Assembly: GCA_943704425.1 (NCBI GenBank)
Contig: CALSCP010000985.1
Span: 1-50,356, forward strand
DNA: 50,356 bases
Direction: 5' to 3'
From: Ministeria vibrans ATCC 50519
Lineage: Eukaryota > Protista > Filasterea
Shown here: piece by piece, positions 23,691-34,651 of the stretch
How positions within the stretch are numbered: the stretch's first letter is position 1
How the letters are laid out: each line of letters opens with the position of its first letter
Program-made: the position numbers and the translations under genes
The notes under the pieces: generated by a model
Database searches by the model: none
The model's input: only the letters and a program-made list of their open reading frames with translations
Told to the model about the DNA's origin: nothing

Positions 23691-25671
23691 TTGTTGTTGT
23701 TGAGTTCGTTTGTGTGCGAGTCGATCAAGTGCCGAACGAGGGTCCTTGTCAACTGATGACGATTCGGTTGCGTGTGTGGTACGCTGCGCAAGTCGATCTA
23801 GAGCGGAGCGAGGATCACGATTGGGCGACGATGTCCCTGGCGATGCCTGGCTCTGTTGTTGTCTCTTTGCCTCCTCTGCACGTGCTCGTATGCGCTCAGC
23901 AACCGTGTCTGGCACACCAGGTGAGCTCGTAATAAGAGAAACTGGGCTTGCGGTGTCCAGAGCCCCTTCCCCTTCGTCATCGTCCGACCATCCCTCGGCA
24001 ATATTGACCGCAGTTGGTTTTTGTGGCGGTCGTGGCATGCGCACACTGTCCTCATCATCATCGTCCGACCAGCCCTCGACCACATTGGTGACGGGTCCCG
24101 TCGCACGAGACACAGGCAACACCACATTGTGCGCTGTCGCCTCCTCCTCGTCGTCCGTCCAATCAGCCACCACAGGCAGTGTCTTCTGCACTGGCACAGG
24201 CAAGTCGTCCTCGTCAGACCATCCTTCAACTACTTCGAGCCGATGGTCAACTTCACTTTGTGCCACCGGTTCCACTGTTGGTTCTGTCGCGTCTACTTCA
24301 TCAAAGTTCGTTGCATCCTCTTCTGCGACATCTTCCTGTGTTGCTGCTGCTGCTTTAGGCGCTTCTTCTGCGGTCGTCTCCGCCATCTCCTCTGCTGCGG
24401 TTGTCTCCTCCGTCTCTACTGCTGCGGCTGTCTCTCCGGTGGTCGTCTCCGCCATCTCCTCTGCTGCGGTTGTCTCCTCCGTCTCTACTGCTGCGGCTGT
24501 CTCTCCGGTGGTCGTCTCCGCCATCTCCTCTGCTGCGATCGTCGCCTCTATCTCTGCTGCTGCAATCGTCTCTTCCGTTTCTTCTACTGCGGTCATGTCC
24601 TCCATCTCTTTTGCTGCGATCGTCTCCTTCACCTCTTCTGCTGTCGTCATTTCCTTCACCTCTTCTGCTGTCGTCGATTCCTCCGTTGTTTCCACTGCGG
24701 TCGTCTCCTCTGTTTCTCCTACCATCACTTCTTCTGCAGACGGTCCCTCCCTCTCTTCGTCTGCAATCGTTTCTTCCGTCGGCTCATCTTCTACTCCAAG
24801 TCCGGCACCCCCCTCCACACAAGCTGCGACCTCTTCATCTCCGTTAGTCGTCTCGTGTTCTTGTACCCCCATCGCTTCCACCGCTTCTTCTTCAACTTCC
24901 ACCTGTTCAACTAGCTCCCGTCGTTCTCTGTCCTCCTCCTCTGTCCATCCCGCCACGCCCATTGTCGTGAGAACCGATAGGTTTCGCTCGATATCCGTCG
25001 CCGACAAGTCGTTCACCCCACCTTCCACTTGCTCTGACTCCTCATCGGACCAGCCTTCTTCTTTGGCGCCATCTTGCAGTTCGTTGTTGCCTTCTTCCAC
25101 ATCGGGAGAGGTGGTGGTCACCTCGGGACGCGCATCGATCATCTCCGGGGACGCTACAGCGTTGCCATCAATGACTACAGCTTCATCATCGTCGTCGGCC
25201 GCACAGCCCTCAGCCACAGCATGTTCTGCGGCTGTGGTGGCCGTCAGGTCGTCGCAAGACAAGCCGTCGGCGACAATCGCCGTCTCATGCGCTGCTGCTG
25301 CTGCTGCTGCTACTACCAATTCGTCGTCGGCGACAACCCCAGCAGCACCAGAGTCACTCTGGCATGCACCGCCTCGCTCGCTCGCCTCCGCCGGCCCGCT
25401 CGCGTCGACAGCCGCCGCAGTGCCAACGTGGCCATTGACCGCCTCCTCAAAGGCATCGTCGTCGTCGTCCTCCTCCTCCTCCTCCTGCACAGTCTCTGTC
25501 GCCATGCCCGCCGCCACTGCTGTCTTCATCGTCGCCACAGCGTCATACTCCTCACCAAAGTCCTCGTCGGCACTCTGGAACTCATCGTCGGACGAGTCGC
25601 TATTGCTGGACGAGAGAGGAGAGCGAAAACTGAGCGACACGGACAAACTTAAAATGCACGCCTCACCTCAT
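22373..25671 (-). CDS. FAM114A: FAM114 family protein with a greatly extended acidic N-terminus
   Basis: 5-nt first exon ATGAG|gtgagg, then SNSDSSDDEFQSADEDF; SGWGWGSLW...LEETIGIPAPE; FDRFQGLIHMEALEAL; last exon VFLEAANATAYLEDAFRLL. Confidence 0.82.
24372..24537. repeat. Coding tandem repeat, 69-bp unit, about 2.4 identical copies (AAEEMAETTTGETAAAVETEETT)
   Basis: Units start at 24372, 24441 and 24510; degenerate shorter sub-repeats continue to about 24720. Confidence 0.9.
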
Positions 25672-25789
25672 GACTGTTCGTTCTTAGCACAAGAATGAAG
25701 GGTGAAGCGCTGCTCGCCGAAGAACAATGGGAAAGAAAATATTTTGATCGCGCCAATTTTTAAAAATAATAAATCCAATTCACTTTTTT

Positions 25790-26121
25790 ATGCTCCAACG
25801 ACTCCGTCAAGTCCACGCGCACCTTACACCGTTCTCCCGAGCTCTCTTTTCACACCGCCGCCCCACCATGTCAAGCGCCTCCCAGTGGAAGTACCCCAAA
25901 GCGCGTCGTGACGACTCGATTGCAGATCAAATCCTTCGCGATCGCCCGTCCATTCCCGACCCGTACCGCGCTCTCGAGGACCCCGACCACCAGGACACAA
26001 AGCGCTTCGTTGACGAGCAGAACGTGCTCACCCGACGCGTCCTTGACCATGACTGTCCGACCCGTTCAAAGTTTGTCGATCGTATGACCGAACTTTATAA
26101 CTACCCCAAAATTGGTACGAA

Positions 26122-26152
<31 letters not shown>

Positions 26153-26265
26153 CTCTCTCGTTTCTCAAAGACGGAAGAGAGAAAAAAAAGTGAATAAAGT
26201 GCNNNNNNNNNNNNNNNNNNNNNNNNNNNNNNNNNNNNNNNNNNNNNNNNNNNNNNNNNNNNNNN

Positions 26266-26355
<90 letters not shown>

Positions 26356-28142
26356 CTTTTTTTCTCTTTTTGTTGTTGTTGCTTTGTTTCTCTGCCCTTG
26401 TAGGCACTCCGTTTCGTCGTGGCTCGCGCTACTTTCACTACTACAACGAGGGACTGCAGGCGCAAAGTGTGTTGTACATGCAAGAGTCGTTGGACAGCGA
26501 AAAGCGCATTGTCATTGATCCCAACACGCTCTCAGACGACGGCACGGTGGCCCTGAGTGGCTCGGCCTTTAGCGAGGACGGATCGCTCATGTGCTATGGC
26601 CTGTCGAAGAGTGGTTCCGACTGGATCACCATTCGTGTGCTGCGCATAGAAGAGGGCTCGGGCGACATTACGACGCTCGACGACTCGCTGCAGTATGCCA
26701 AGTTTAGCTGCATGGCCTGGACCCACGACCACCAGGGTTTCTTCTACAACCGCTACCCCGTGGACGAGACGCGTCTTGACGGCACCGAGACGGACCTGAA
26801 CGAGCACCACAAGCTGTACTACCATCGCCTGGGTACACCCCAGTCGGACGACCTCCTCTGCTACGAGACGCCCGAGCACCCCAAGTGGATGTCGGGCGTC
26901 GAGGTGTCCGACGACGGAGCCTACTTGCTATTGCGCATCAGCGAGGGTTGTCAGCCGGCCAACCGTCTCTTCCACTGTCGTCTTCCCTCGGGTGACAAGT
27001 GGACAGCGGACGTCATTGCGTCGACCGTCGCTGCAAACGGACTTCTCTCGTTTGAGGTGCTCGCCGACAACTTTGACGGCGAATACGACTACATTGCCAA
27101 CGATGGAGCGTCGTTTGTTTTCCACACCAACCTTGATGCGCCTCTCAAACGTCTCGTGCGCATCGATCTCAGTCAAGCGGATCCCTCCGAGTCGTGCAAG
27201 GGTGTCGCACAGCGCCGTGGCTGGACCGAATTGGTGCCCGAGAGCTCCACGGCTGTGCTTGAGTGGTGTGCACCCGTCCGCAAGGACCGTCTTGTGTTGT
27301 GCTACCTTGAAGATGTCAAATCGGCTCTCTACTTGCATGACCTTGCGACAGGCGCGCTCATTCGACCGCTGCCTCTACCCATTGGCACTGTCTGTGGCTT
27401 CTCGGGCCGTCGCACACAGTCCGAGCTCTTCTACAAGCACACGGGGTTCCTTTCGCCGGGCGTCATCTACCGCCTAGACCTCACCGACGAGACCAACACG
27501 CCCAGCGAGCACTATGTGACGCCCGTGAAAGGGTTTGATCTGGCCGAGTTCACAACGAAACAGGTGTTTGTCACAAGCAAAGACGGTCACACACGCGTAC
27601 CCATGTTCCTCGTGTCGCGCGCCGACGTGGCCCTTGACGGTCGCAACCCAACGCTCCTTTATGGCTACGGCGGCTTCAACATCAGCATTACGCCGTCGTA
27701 CTCGGTGTCGCGCCTCATTTTCATGCGCCACTACGGCGGCGTCTTGGCCGTCGCCAACATTCGCGGTGGCGGGTATCGATATAATATAATTTATAATATA
27801 TAATATTATGTGTGTTTGTGTGTCGCATGCTCGACTGATGTATGTGCTGTAGGGAGTACGGAGAGGACTGGCACCAGGCGGGCATCAAGGCAAACAAGCA
27901 GAATGTGTTTGATGACTTTCAAGCGTGCGCCGAGTGGCTTGCCGAGCACAAGTACACCTCACCCGACAAGTAAGAAACATCGCCTGTGTTCAGAAGAACA
28001 CGAGAATGGTCATTGACATAATCATCCTTTTCACTTGCTCAGATTGTGCATTAACGGCGGAAGCAATGGAGGACTACTTGTGGGAGCGTGCATGAACCAG
28101 CGACCGGATCTGTATGGGTGTGCCGTGGCACAAGTGGGTGTG

Positions 28143-28174
<32 letters not shown>

Positions 28175-28529
28175 TGGCCATGCGTGGACAACAGACTATG
28201 GGTGTGCGGATGAGGCGGACGATGCCGAGTATTTGATCAAGTATTCGCCGCTGCACAATGTGCGTCGCCATGAGACGAGTCAGTATCCATCAACCATGCT
28301 GTTCACGGGTGATCACGATGACCGTGTGGTGCCCTTGCACACGCTCAAGTTCATTGCGACGCTGCAACACACCCTTGTGGACGACCCACGCCAGACCAAC
28401 CCGCTGCTGGTGCGCGTCGAGACGGACGCAGGTCATGGTGCAGGCAAGCCCACCAAGAAGGTCATTGACGAGGTCGCCGACATGTACAGCTTTATCGCGT
28501 ACTCTCTCAAGGCTGACTGGATTGATTAA
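25790..28529 (+). CDS. PREP: Prolyl oligopeptidase (S9A)
   Basis: [35 protein letters not shown]|[16 protein letters not shown] (Ser), [10 protein letters not shown] (Asp) and AGHGAGKP (His). Second in-frame ATG at 25868. Confidence 0.95.
26120..26351. repeat. (CA)n and (TC)n microsatellites flanking an assembly gap (N 26203-26265) in PREP intron 1
   Basis: Seen directly. Confidence 0.9.
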
Positions 28530-28663
28530 ACAAAAGATGCAAAAAAATATTACGTCTCATATCTATAATATTAAGAATGGTATTTAACAAAATACCCTCC
28601 GAGAGTCATTATAAGAAAAGAAATAAGAGATGTTGTCGTGAAACAGTTGGCATGCGTTGTACC

Positions 28664-28717
28664 AAAACATTTGATTTAACGCATTAATTGAAAACATTTG
28701 ATTTAATGCATTAATTG
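28664..28717. repeat. 27-bp direct tandem duplication (AAAACATTTGATTTAAYGCATTAATTG x2)
   Basis: Two adjacent copies with one mismatch. Confidence 0.9.
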
Positions 28718-28973
28718 CCGCATGTGGCGCCCTCACCCGCTGGGTGAGCTCCGAGCCACCCGAACGGGCCTTCTTGCGCTTGGTACGCGGACGCAGGAGC
28801 CGCACGCCGGCCGACGTGAGCGAGACTCAGCGACTACAGACAGCGAGCCACTATCAAGTGTACGGCGGAAGTATTGTGCTGGTGTTGTGCTGCTCTTTGA
28901 CTTTTGTTTTTGTTTTCTAATATTTCTATAATCTATATCATATCATTAATCATTCACAACTTTCTTGTTCAAT

Positions 28974-29931
28974 ATGTCATCATCTAGTGCTGATGACCAA
29001 ATCGCAGCCGAGCCGGTGGACGAGCGAGTGCGTGTGCTGCGCGGAGCAAAACGCGCAGTCTACGAGAAAGACACAATCAAAGAGATTCTCGACAACTCCC
29101 TGCTCGTTCACATCGCCTACGTTGCCGAAGACGGCACTCCCGTGTGCATTCCCACCGGTACGAGTGCGACGGGTGTGCGTGTGGGCTTCTGGATGAGTGT
29201 GATTGGTGTTGTTTGTTGTTTTCAGGATATGTTCGCGACGGTGACTTTATGATCGTGCACGGCAAGGCATCGTCAGCACTCATGACGCATCTGGCACGCG
29301 GTGGGGAAGTGTGCGCCACAGTCACGATCCTGGACGGATTCGTCTTGGCGCGCTCTGCGTTTCATCATTCGATGAACTACCGCTCAGTCGTGATCTTCGC
29401 TACGGGCGAACTGATCACCGACTCGGACGCAAAGCTCGAGTCGATGAAGCTATTTACAGACTCATTCATTCCCGGTCGATGGAATTTCACTAGATGGCCC
29501 AACGCAGGTGAGAGAACACACAAACACGCTGACACAGACACAGACACAGAGACACACACTAAAAGAATCGTGCAACACTCCTTTTGTGCACATCAGCGGA
29601 ACTGCGCGACACCTCAATGTGCCGTCTGTCATTGAAACGAGCGTCGGCCAAGGTACGCGCAACAGGACCCGTCGACGACAAGGCAGACATTGAGACGCTG
29701 TCGCACTGGGCGGGCGTGATTCCCATTTCACGCGTGACAGGTACACCGGAAAAATCGGCCGATTTGCACAAGGGAATAGATGTGCCCGATCATTTGACGC
29801 CCTTTCGACGAGCGGGGTTTCAAGCGGAGGAGGATATCATCCAGGCAAAGCGGACACCTGCGCCGCATGTGCTCCTGCTGGCCATTATCGGTGTGCTTGT
29901 GGCACTTCTTGTCAAAGACAAACTTGCGTAG
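28974..29931 (+). CDS. Flavin-binding split-barrel protein (pyridoxamine 5'-phosphate oxidase-like / NimA-like) with C-terminal TM anchor
   Basis: RAVYEKDTIKEILD, PVCIPTG|YVRDGD..IVHG, TILDGFVLARSAFHHSMNYRSVVIF, SAKVRATGPVDD, WAGVIP; tail VLLLAIIGVLVALLVKDKLA; 3 exons. Confidence 0.88.
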
Positions 29932-29984
29932 CAGTCTATATATTATATAGAGTATAAAAAAATCGGTGTGTTGTTCTTTTTTTA

Positions 29985-30932
29985 TCAATCGCTGAGGCCA
30001 ACGACATAAGGAGAGTGGCGGATTGCCATGGTACGGCCTCCGTCGTGTCGGAAGGAGCTGGACGAGCGGAAGTCGGGAGTGTACGCACCGGGACCCGGCG
30101 TGGGCGCTGCTGCTGGAGTGCGTGTCTTGGCGTGGAGGTGGAGGGCCGGAGCGCGCTGGCGGTAGGTGTCCAAAGAGGGTAGGCCGTAGGCGCCGGGACC
30201 TGGTGTGTGGCTGCTGGTTTGCGATGCGTGGCGGCCGCTCAGGGACGGAGCGGGTGCCGTACGCTTACGTGAGTCGGTCACTTTGGAGGGACCCAACAGC
30301 GAGGGAACGTCAAATGCGTTGGGGCCGGGTGTGACTGATTTGTCGCCCATGGGCGCTGTGAGAGGGCGCATCGAGTATTGGGGCGCACGCGAGCGGGTGA
30401 CAAATGTGTCGGTGGTGTAGGCGGCCGGACCCGGCGATTTCGAGGAATGTGCTTGACGTACCCTTCCCGAAATGCTGTAGCCGGCATGATAGTCTGTGAA
30501 AGAAATAACAAAGAGAAAGTTGACGCACTAACTAATATATTTCTTATTGTGCACCTTTTCCATTGCGAGTGCCTGTCGGATAGAGCGTGGCAGGACCCGG
30601 GCCAACACTGTTCACGCGAGATGCAGGACGCGAACCAAAACTGTACGCAGGTGCCACGGTCTGCGTTGAGCGAGGGTCATGGCGCTGGCGTCCCGTCAAG
30701 CCTGAAGATGAGTCGAAGAGATCCAGAGTCAAAGGGAAAAATCAACAAAGAACTCGAAACACGTTTCAGTTTGGCTACTGTACCTGGCAATGCCAGCGCT
30801 GGACCGGGTCTACAGAAGTGAAAACAAAATGGTGAGAGGGACCAGTACCGCAGCAGATAAAATGAGGTTGTATCGACGAGATTGAGTGGCGTGTGGAATG
30901 TACACAAACGAATGTTGCGGTTGCCAAGTCAT
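29985..30932 (-). CDS. ODF3/SHIPPO-repeat (PGP-repeat) axonemal microtubule-associated protein; 5' end uncertain
   Basis: PGPALALP|GLTGRQRHDPRSTQTVAPAYSFGSR and repeated SPGPAAY, TPGPNAF, TPGPGAYGLP and TPGPGAYTP; ends IRHSPYV. Confidence 0.78.
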
Positions 30933-31376
30933 GTGCGGTTATGAGCAAACAGCACTCTCGCAGTTGAAACTCAAGCCGGATAGGGGCATTAGAGCACTAT
31001 CGAGGGTTTCTTGTTCACAGCCAAGTGGAATTCAGGACGAGGCAGATGCGTGGGCGGAGGGAGAAGCACGTTCGATCGTTGCTATGCCTAAAGTGACCGC
31101 AAATCGAAAATGAAACCCCTCCCCCTCCAAAACATACCCGGAATCTTTGACGGCAAAGACGAGTGCCTTGGACATGGTCACCAAAGTCTAATGAAAAAAA
31201 AAAGTTATGAGCGAGAACTTTTATTCATTCATTGTCTACCCTACTTTAGGTTGTTTCATCACTCGCAAGCAAGCGTACGCCCTGATTCAGCCAACAATAA
31301 CACCATTCAGATTCTAAATTTCTGATTGGTCTTTTGATGTACAAACAATTATGATTTACTACACAAACACCATCTC

Positions 31377-32219
31377 TCATCGCAATCGAACAACACCCTT
31401 AAAGACAACGTCGTCGATGCCACCGGCAAGAATGAGCCGCTCGCCCGAGTCAATGTCCAACGCCAACGAGCGCACGTCAATGTGTCCGCGCCACGTCTTG
31501 AGAGCCCGCGCACTCATCATGGCAGTCGCGTCCTTGCCTGTGACGCGCACCATCAGCTCGATGTGGGAATGGCCAGGGAAGTACCGCTGCGCGCCCTGCT
31601 CGGAGGCGTACGCGTACGCCTTGAATCGTCCCTGCTTCATGCCGGAGCCCAATCGGTGGAGCACGGCAGGATCTTCGCTGATTTGCTTCATGAGAAAGGC
31701 CGTGAGCTCGTCGGGCGAGAGCGACGTGAGTCGTCGGGTGAAGGAGTAGCCGGCAACCAGTGCACCAGTGCTGACAAGCCCGCCCACATAGAAGCCCAGC
31801 TCGCCCATGTGCCACATCGACAGTCCAAGCGTAAAGGAGCTCGCAGAGACGGCGATCTTGCTCACACCGTAGACAAAGAAGAGTGCCGCCGCGCCAATGC
31901 CCGCTTTGCGTCCAAAACTTTTCGCCTGCTCCAATGGCGACGGTGCGGGCACAAGCGATGCGTCGTGGGCGTCCTTGGTCTCTTCAAGGGCCGATGAAGA
32001 CGATGGGGGGGCCTGCCTTGAGAAGGGCCACCAGGATAAGGCGCGAGTGGTCTTGGGAGCAGCTAAGATGCAATCATGAGCATTTGTCATTGATGCGGAC
32101 GACACGTTCCTCAGCGACATACCCAGCGCGGCCGAACGCATTGAGAGTGCTGATGTAAATGATCTCGAGTTGATCATGATGTCACCTAGACGGCAGGCGG
32201 GCCTGAGGCTTCGAATCAT
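31377..32219 (-). CDS. Probable mitochondrial inner-membrane protein, TIM21/Coa1-like C-terminal domain
   Basis: Arg/Ser-rich N-terminal presequence-like segment with few acidic residues, two hydrophobic segments, then ISEDPAVLHRLG...MVRVTGKDATAMMSARA...SLALDI. Confidence 0.55.
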   Translation of the reverse strand: MIRSLRPACRLGDIMINSRSFTSALSMRSAALGMSLRNVSSASMTNAHDCILAAPKTTRALSWWPFSRQAPPSSSSALEETKDAHDASLVPAPSPLEQAKSFGRKAGIGAAALFFVYGVSKIAVSASSFTLGLSMWHMGELGFYVGGLVSTGALVAGYSFTRRLTSLSPDELTAFLMKQISEDPAVLHRLGSGMKQGRFKAYAYASEQGAQRYFPGHSHIELMVRVTGKDATAMMSARALKTWRGHIDVRSLALDIDSGERLILAGGIDDVVFKGVVRLR

Positions 32220-32410
32220 GTTGCAGATGAAAATAAAGTAGATTATTNNNNNAATTTTCTCATTCTCTCCTATCGACTTTCGCGCTGCCGTCTCACTTCC
32301 CCACTCGGCAGTCGGCACTCTCCAATATATTATAGTATATGATTATTCACTTTCATTTTTGTCTCTCTCACTCTCTTTTGTTTTTTTTTGTTTTTGTCTT
32401 TTAAAGTCTC

Positions 32411-33767
32411 TCACTTCTCCTCTTCCTTCTTCGGCTCCGATTCGTCGCCATCGATTACAGAGCATTGGATCTCGCGCAGCAAAGCGGTATCGTCGCACAA
32501 CGACTGGTACAACTCCCAGACAAACTTGCCGGTCGTCTGGTCGATGAGACGGTGAGCGAGCTTGTCAATGGCAATGACACTCAGACACGTTTGGACGTAG
32601 GCGTCAATGAGATCGTCCATGCCAATGCCAAGCGAGTTGAAGTCCTTGCCGTCCATGAGCACGAGGCGCTGCGACTCGGTGGTCCACGAACCGTCTGGTC
32701 GCTTCACCGACAGATTCGTGCCCAGCTGTGCCCATGAGTCTGTCTCGCCACTCAGCTCGTACTTGAGCGGCTCGTGCGCACGTCGCGCGTAAATGGCAAT
32801 CGGTGCAAATCCTTTGCCTCCGCGGTTGCACACCATCATACGCAGGTCCGCAACAAAGATTTTGAGTGCCTTGTTGGGTACGGTACCCACATGGTAGAAC
32901 TTGCCCGTCTGCGTTGTCGAGCTCCATGTCGAGTTGCCCACCAGCGACTGCACAATGAATTTGTCGTACGTGTGCTTGAGCGCAAGGAACCGGTCCAACT
33001 CGGCTTCGCTTGTAATCGTGTACACTCCCTGACCAGCATTCGCATACGGCACTATAAAAAGACAATAATTAAATTTGAATACGTCTTCTCAGTGGACACA
33101 CGCAAAATTAAATATAAAATAATAACACACCTTTGATGACGGCGTGGTAGCCAAAGCTGCGCACCCAAATGGGAACTTCGGAGAGAGAGACGTCTTTGAT
33201 GGTCTCGGGGGTGGCAACGGCAAGCGAAGTGCCACGTGACTTGAGTTCGGCGTTGTAAAAGTCGTACGCTTTGGAGGCGACCAACTTGTTTCGGCCGCCC
33301 GCGAGACACGCCACAATGGGATTGAGAACAAGAGTGTCGGAAGTGAGGGGGAAGCGACTCCACGGCTTCTGCGTAACATAGCGGAAGCAGACGCTAATAG
33401 GACGCCACACACCAGCGGCTGTGCGCACTTCCATGATCGTTTTGCCGTCAATCTTGCGCCAGCGCACATTCGCCTCAGCCTCATCGGTGTCGTGGTAGAA
33501 TTCAACAAGATGGACGCCGTGGCCCACAAGGTCGGCCAGCGTGGCGGCATACCCCGACGCCTCCATCTCGTTCTTGTCGTACACCACTGCCAGGTCGGCG
33601 TCCGGCATCTCCGCCATCGCCGACTTGACCATCGGCAGAAACACCTCGTTGAGCAGCGTCAGGTAGCCCCCTTGCTCGTTCGTGGCGTTTGACAGCGGCA
33701 TGCTCTTCTGGCCGGACGGACAAGAGTTTGTCTCAATGACCTTAAAAAAAAAACATTAATAATTATT

Positions 33768-33802
<35 letters not shown>

Positions 33803-34158
33803 TAAACAACTTACGACCATTTTGCGCATTCCCGTCTCTGTAGTGACATTGAAGAGGTCGCTGCCGGCCCACATGAAGTACTTCGGGACGTAGGCGAGGA
33901 CGGCGCGCAGTTCGTCGCGTGTCACGTCCGGATGGAGATGGCAGTAGCGCAGGACGATGCGCTCGTTGCCCAGGTTGATGAACGACTGTACAATCGGGTG
34001 GATCGTGGAGTTGAGGACGCGCGGGTAGAAATGAGCCGCAGCTGCAGTCACAACAATGTTTATTATTATTAATGGGTTTGTTTGGTGTTGGACCCTTTGC
34101 TGTTCGTACGCTCAAACGAGTCGGGCGCGATGAAGTCTGTTTTGTGTACTTTGGCCAT
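32411..34158 (-). CDS. Circularly permuted ATP-grasp family amide/peptide ligase
   Basis: Four exons. The metal-binding strands GSDLF...VIETNSCPSG (ExN) sit near the N-terminus, before the pre-ATP-grasp part and AVIK|VPYANAGQGVY (K + Gly loop), FIVQSLV and ADLRMMV. This order is what marks the permuted fold. Confidence 0.75.
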
Positions 34159-34651
34159 GGTTAACGTGTCAAATGAGAGACAAGAAAAACAAAAACGGAA
34201 AGTGAGAAGAAGAGAGAAAAAAAAGTGATTGAAAAGATCAATGCAATGAGTGAGTTTCATTTTGGAAGTCGTCCAGAACAGAACGGTTTTTCGATGGTAA
34301 TAGGCCGCGGATCAGTGGAGCCCAATAGAAACACACAATATGGTGTGCACCAACTCACCGAATTGCAATAGGCGTCGGTAGAGGAGAGTTACATTTCGAA
34401 ATGTTAAAGTCATCCGAGAGGCAAAAAAAAAAAAAGAAACCACAAAACGGGATGTCATCCCACACTCAATTCCAACCGCCCCGGACGCGATCTTCAACTG
34501 TGGGGTATGTGGAAGACATCGCAACGTCAGTCGTCGTCAAGCTGCTTGTGCAGAGCCTACACGCCTGGTTTCGCGTCGTGATCAGGATTAGACGGACTGA
34601 ACAGTGAAAATCCAAACTATTTCACTCCTTTTTATTCTTACTCACACCCTC

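Noticed and set aside
23710-25698. 662-aa plus-strand Ser/Ala-rich ORF
   Set aside because: Antisense shadow of the acidic FAM114 exon; GAG/GAC-rich codons leave the opposite frame free of stops.
34159-34651. tRNA or other ncRNA in the ligase/SPX spacer
   Set aside because: No cloverleaf, box A/B or recognisable snRNA motif could be seen.
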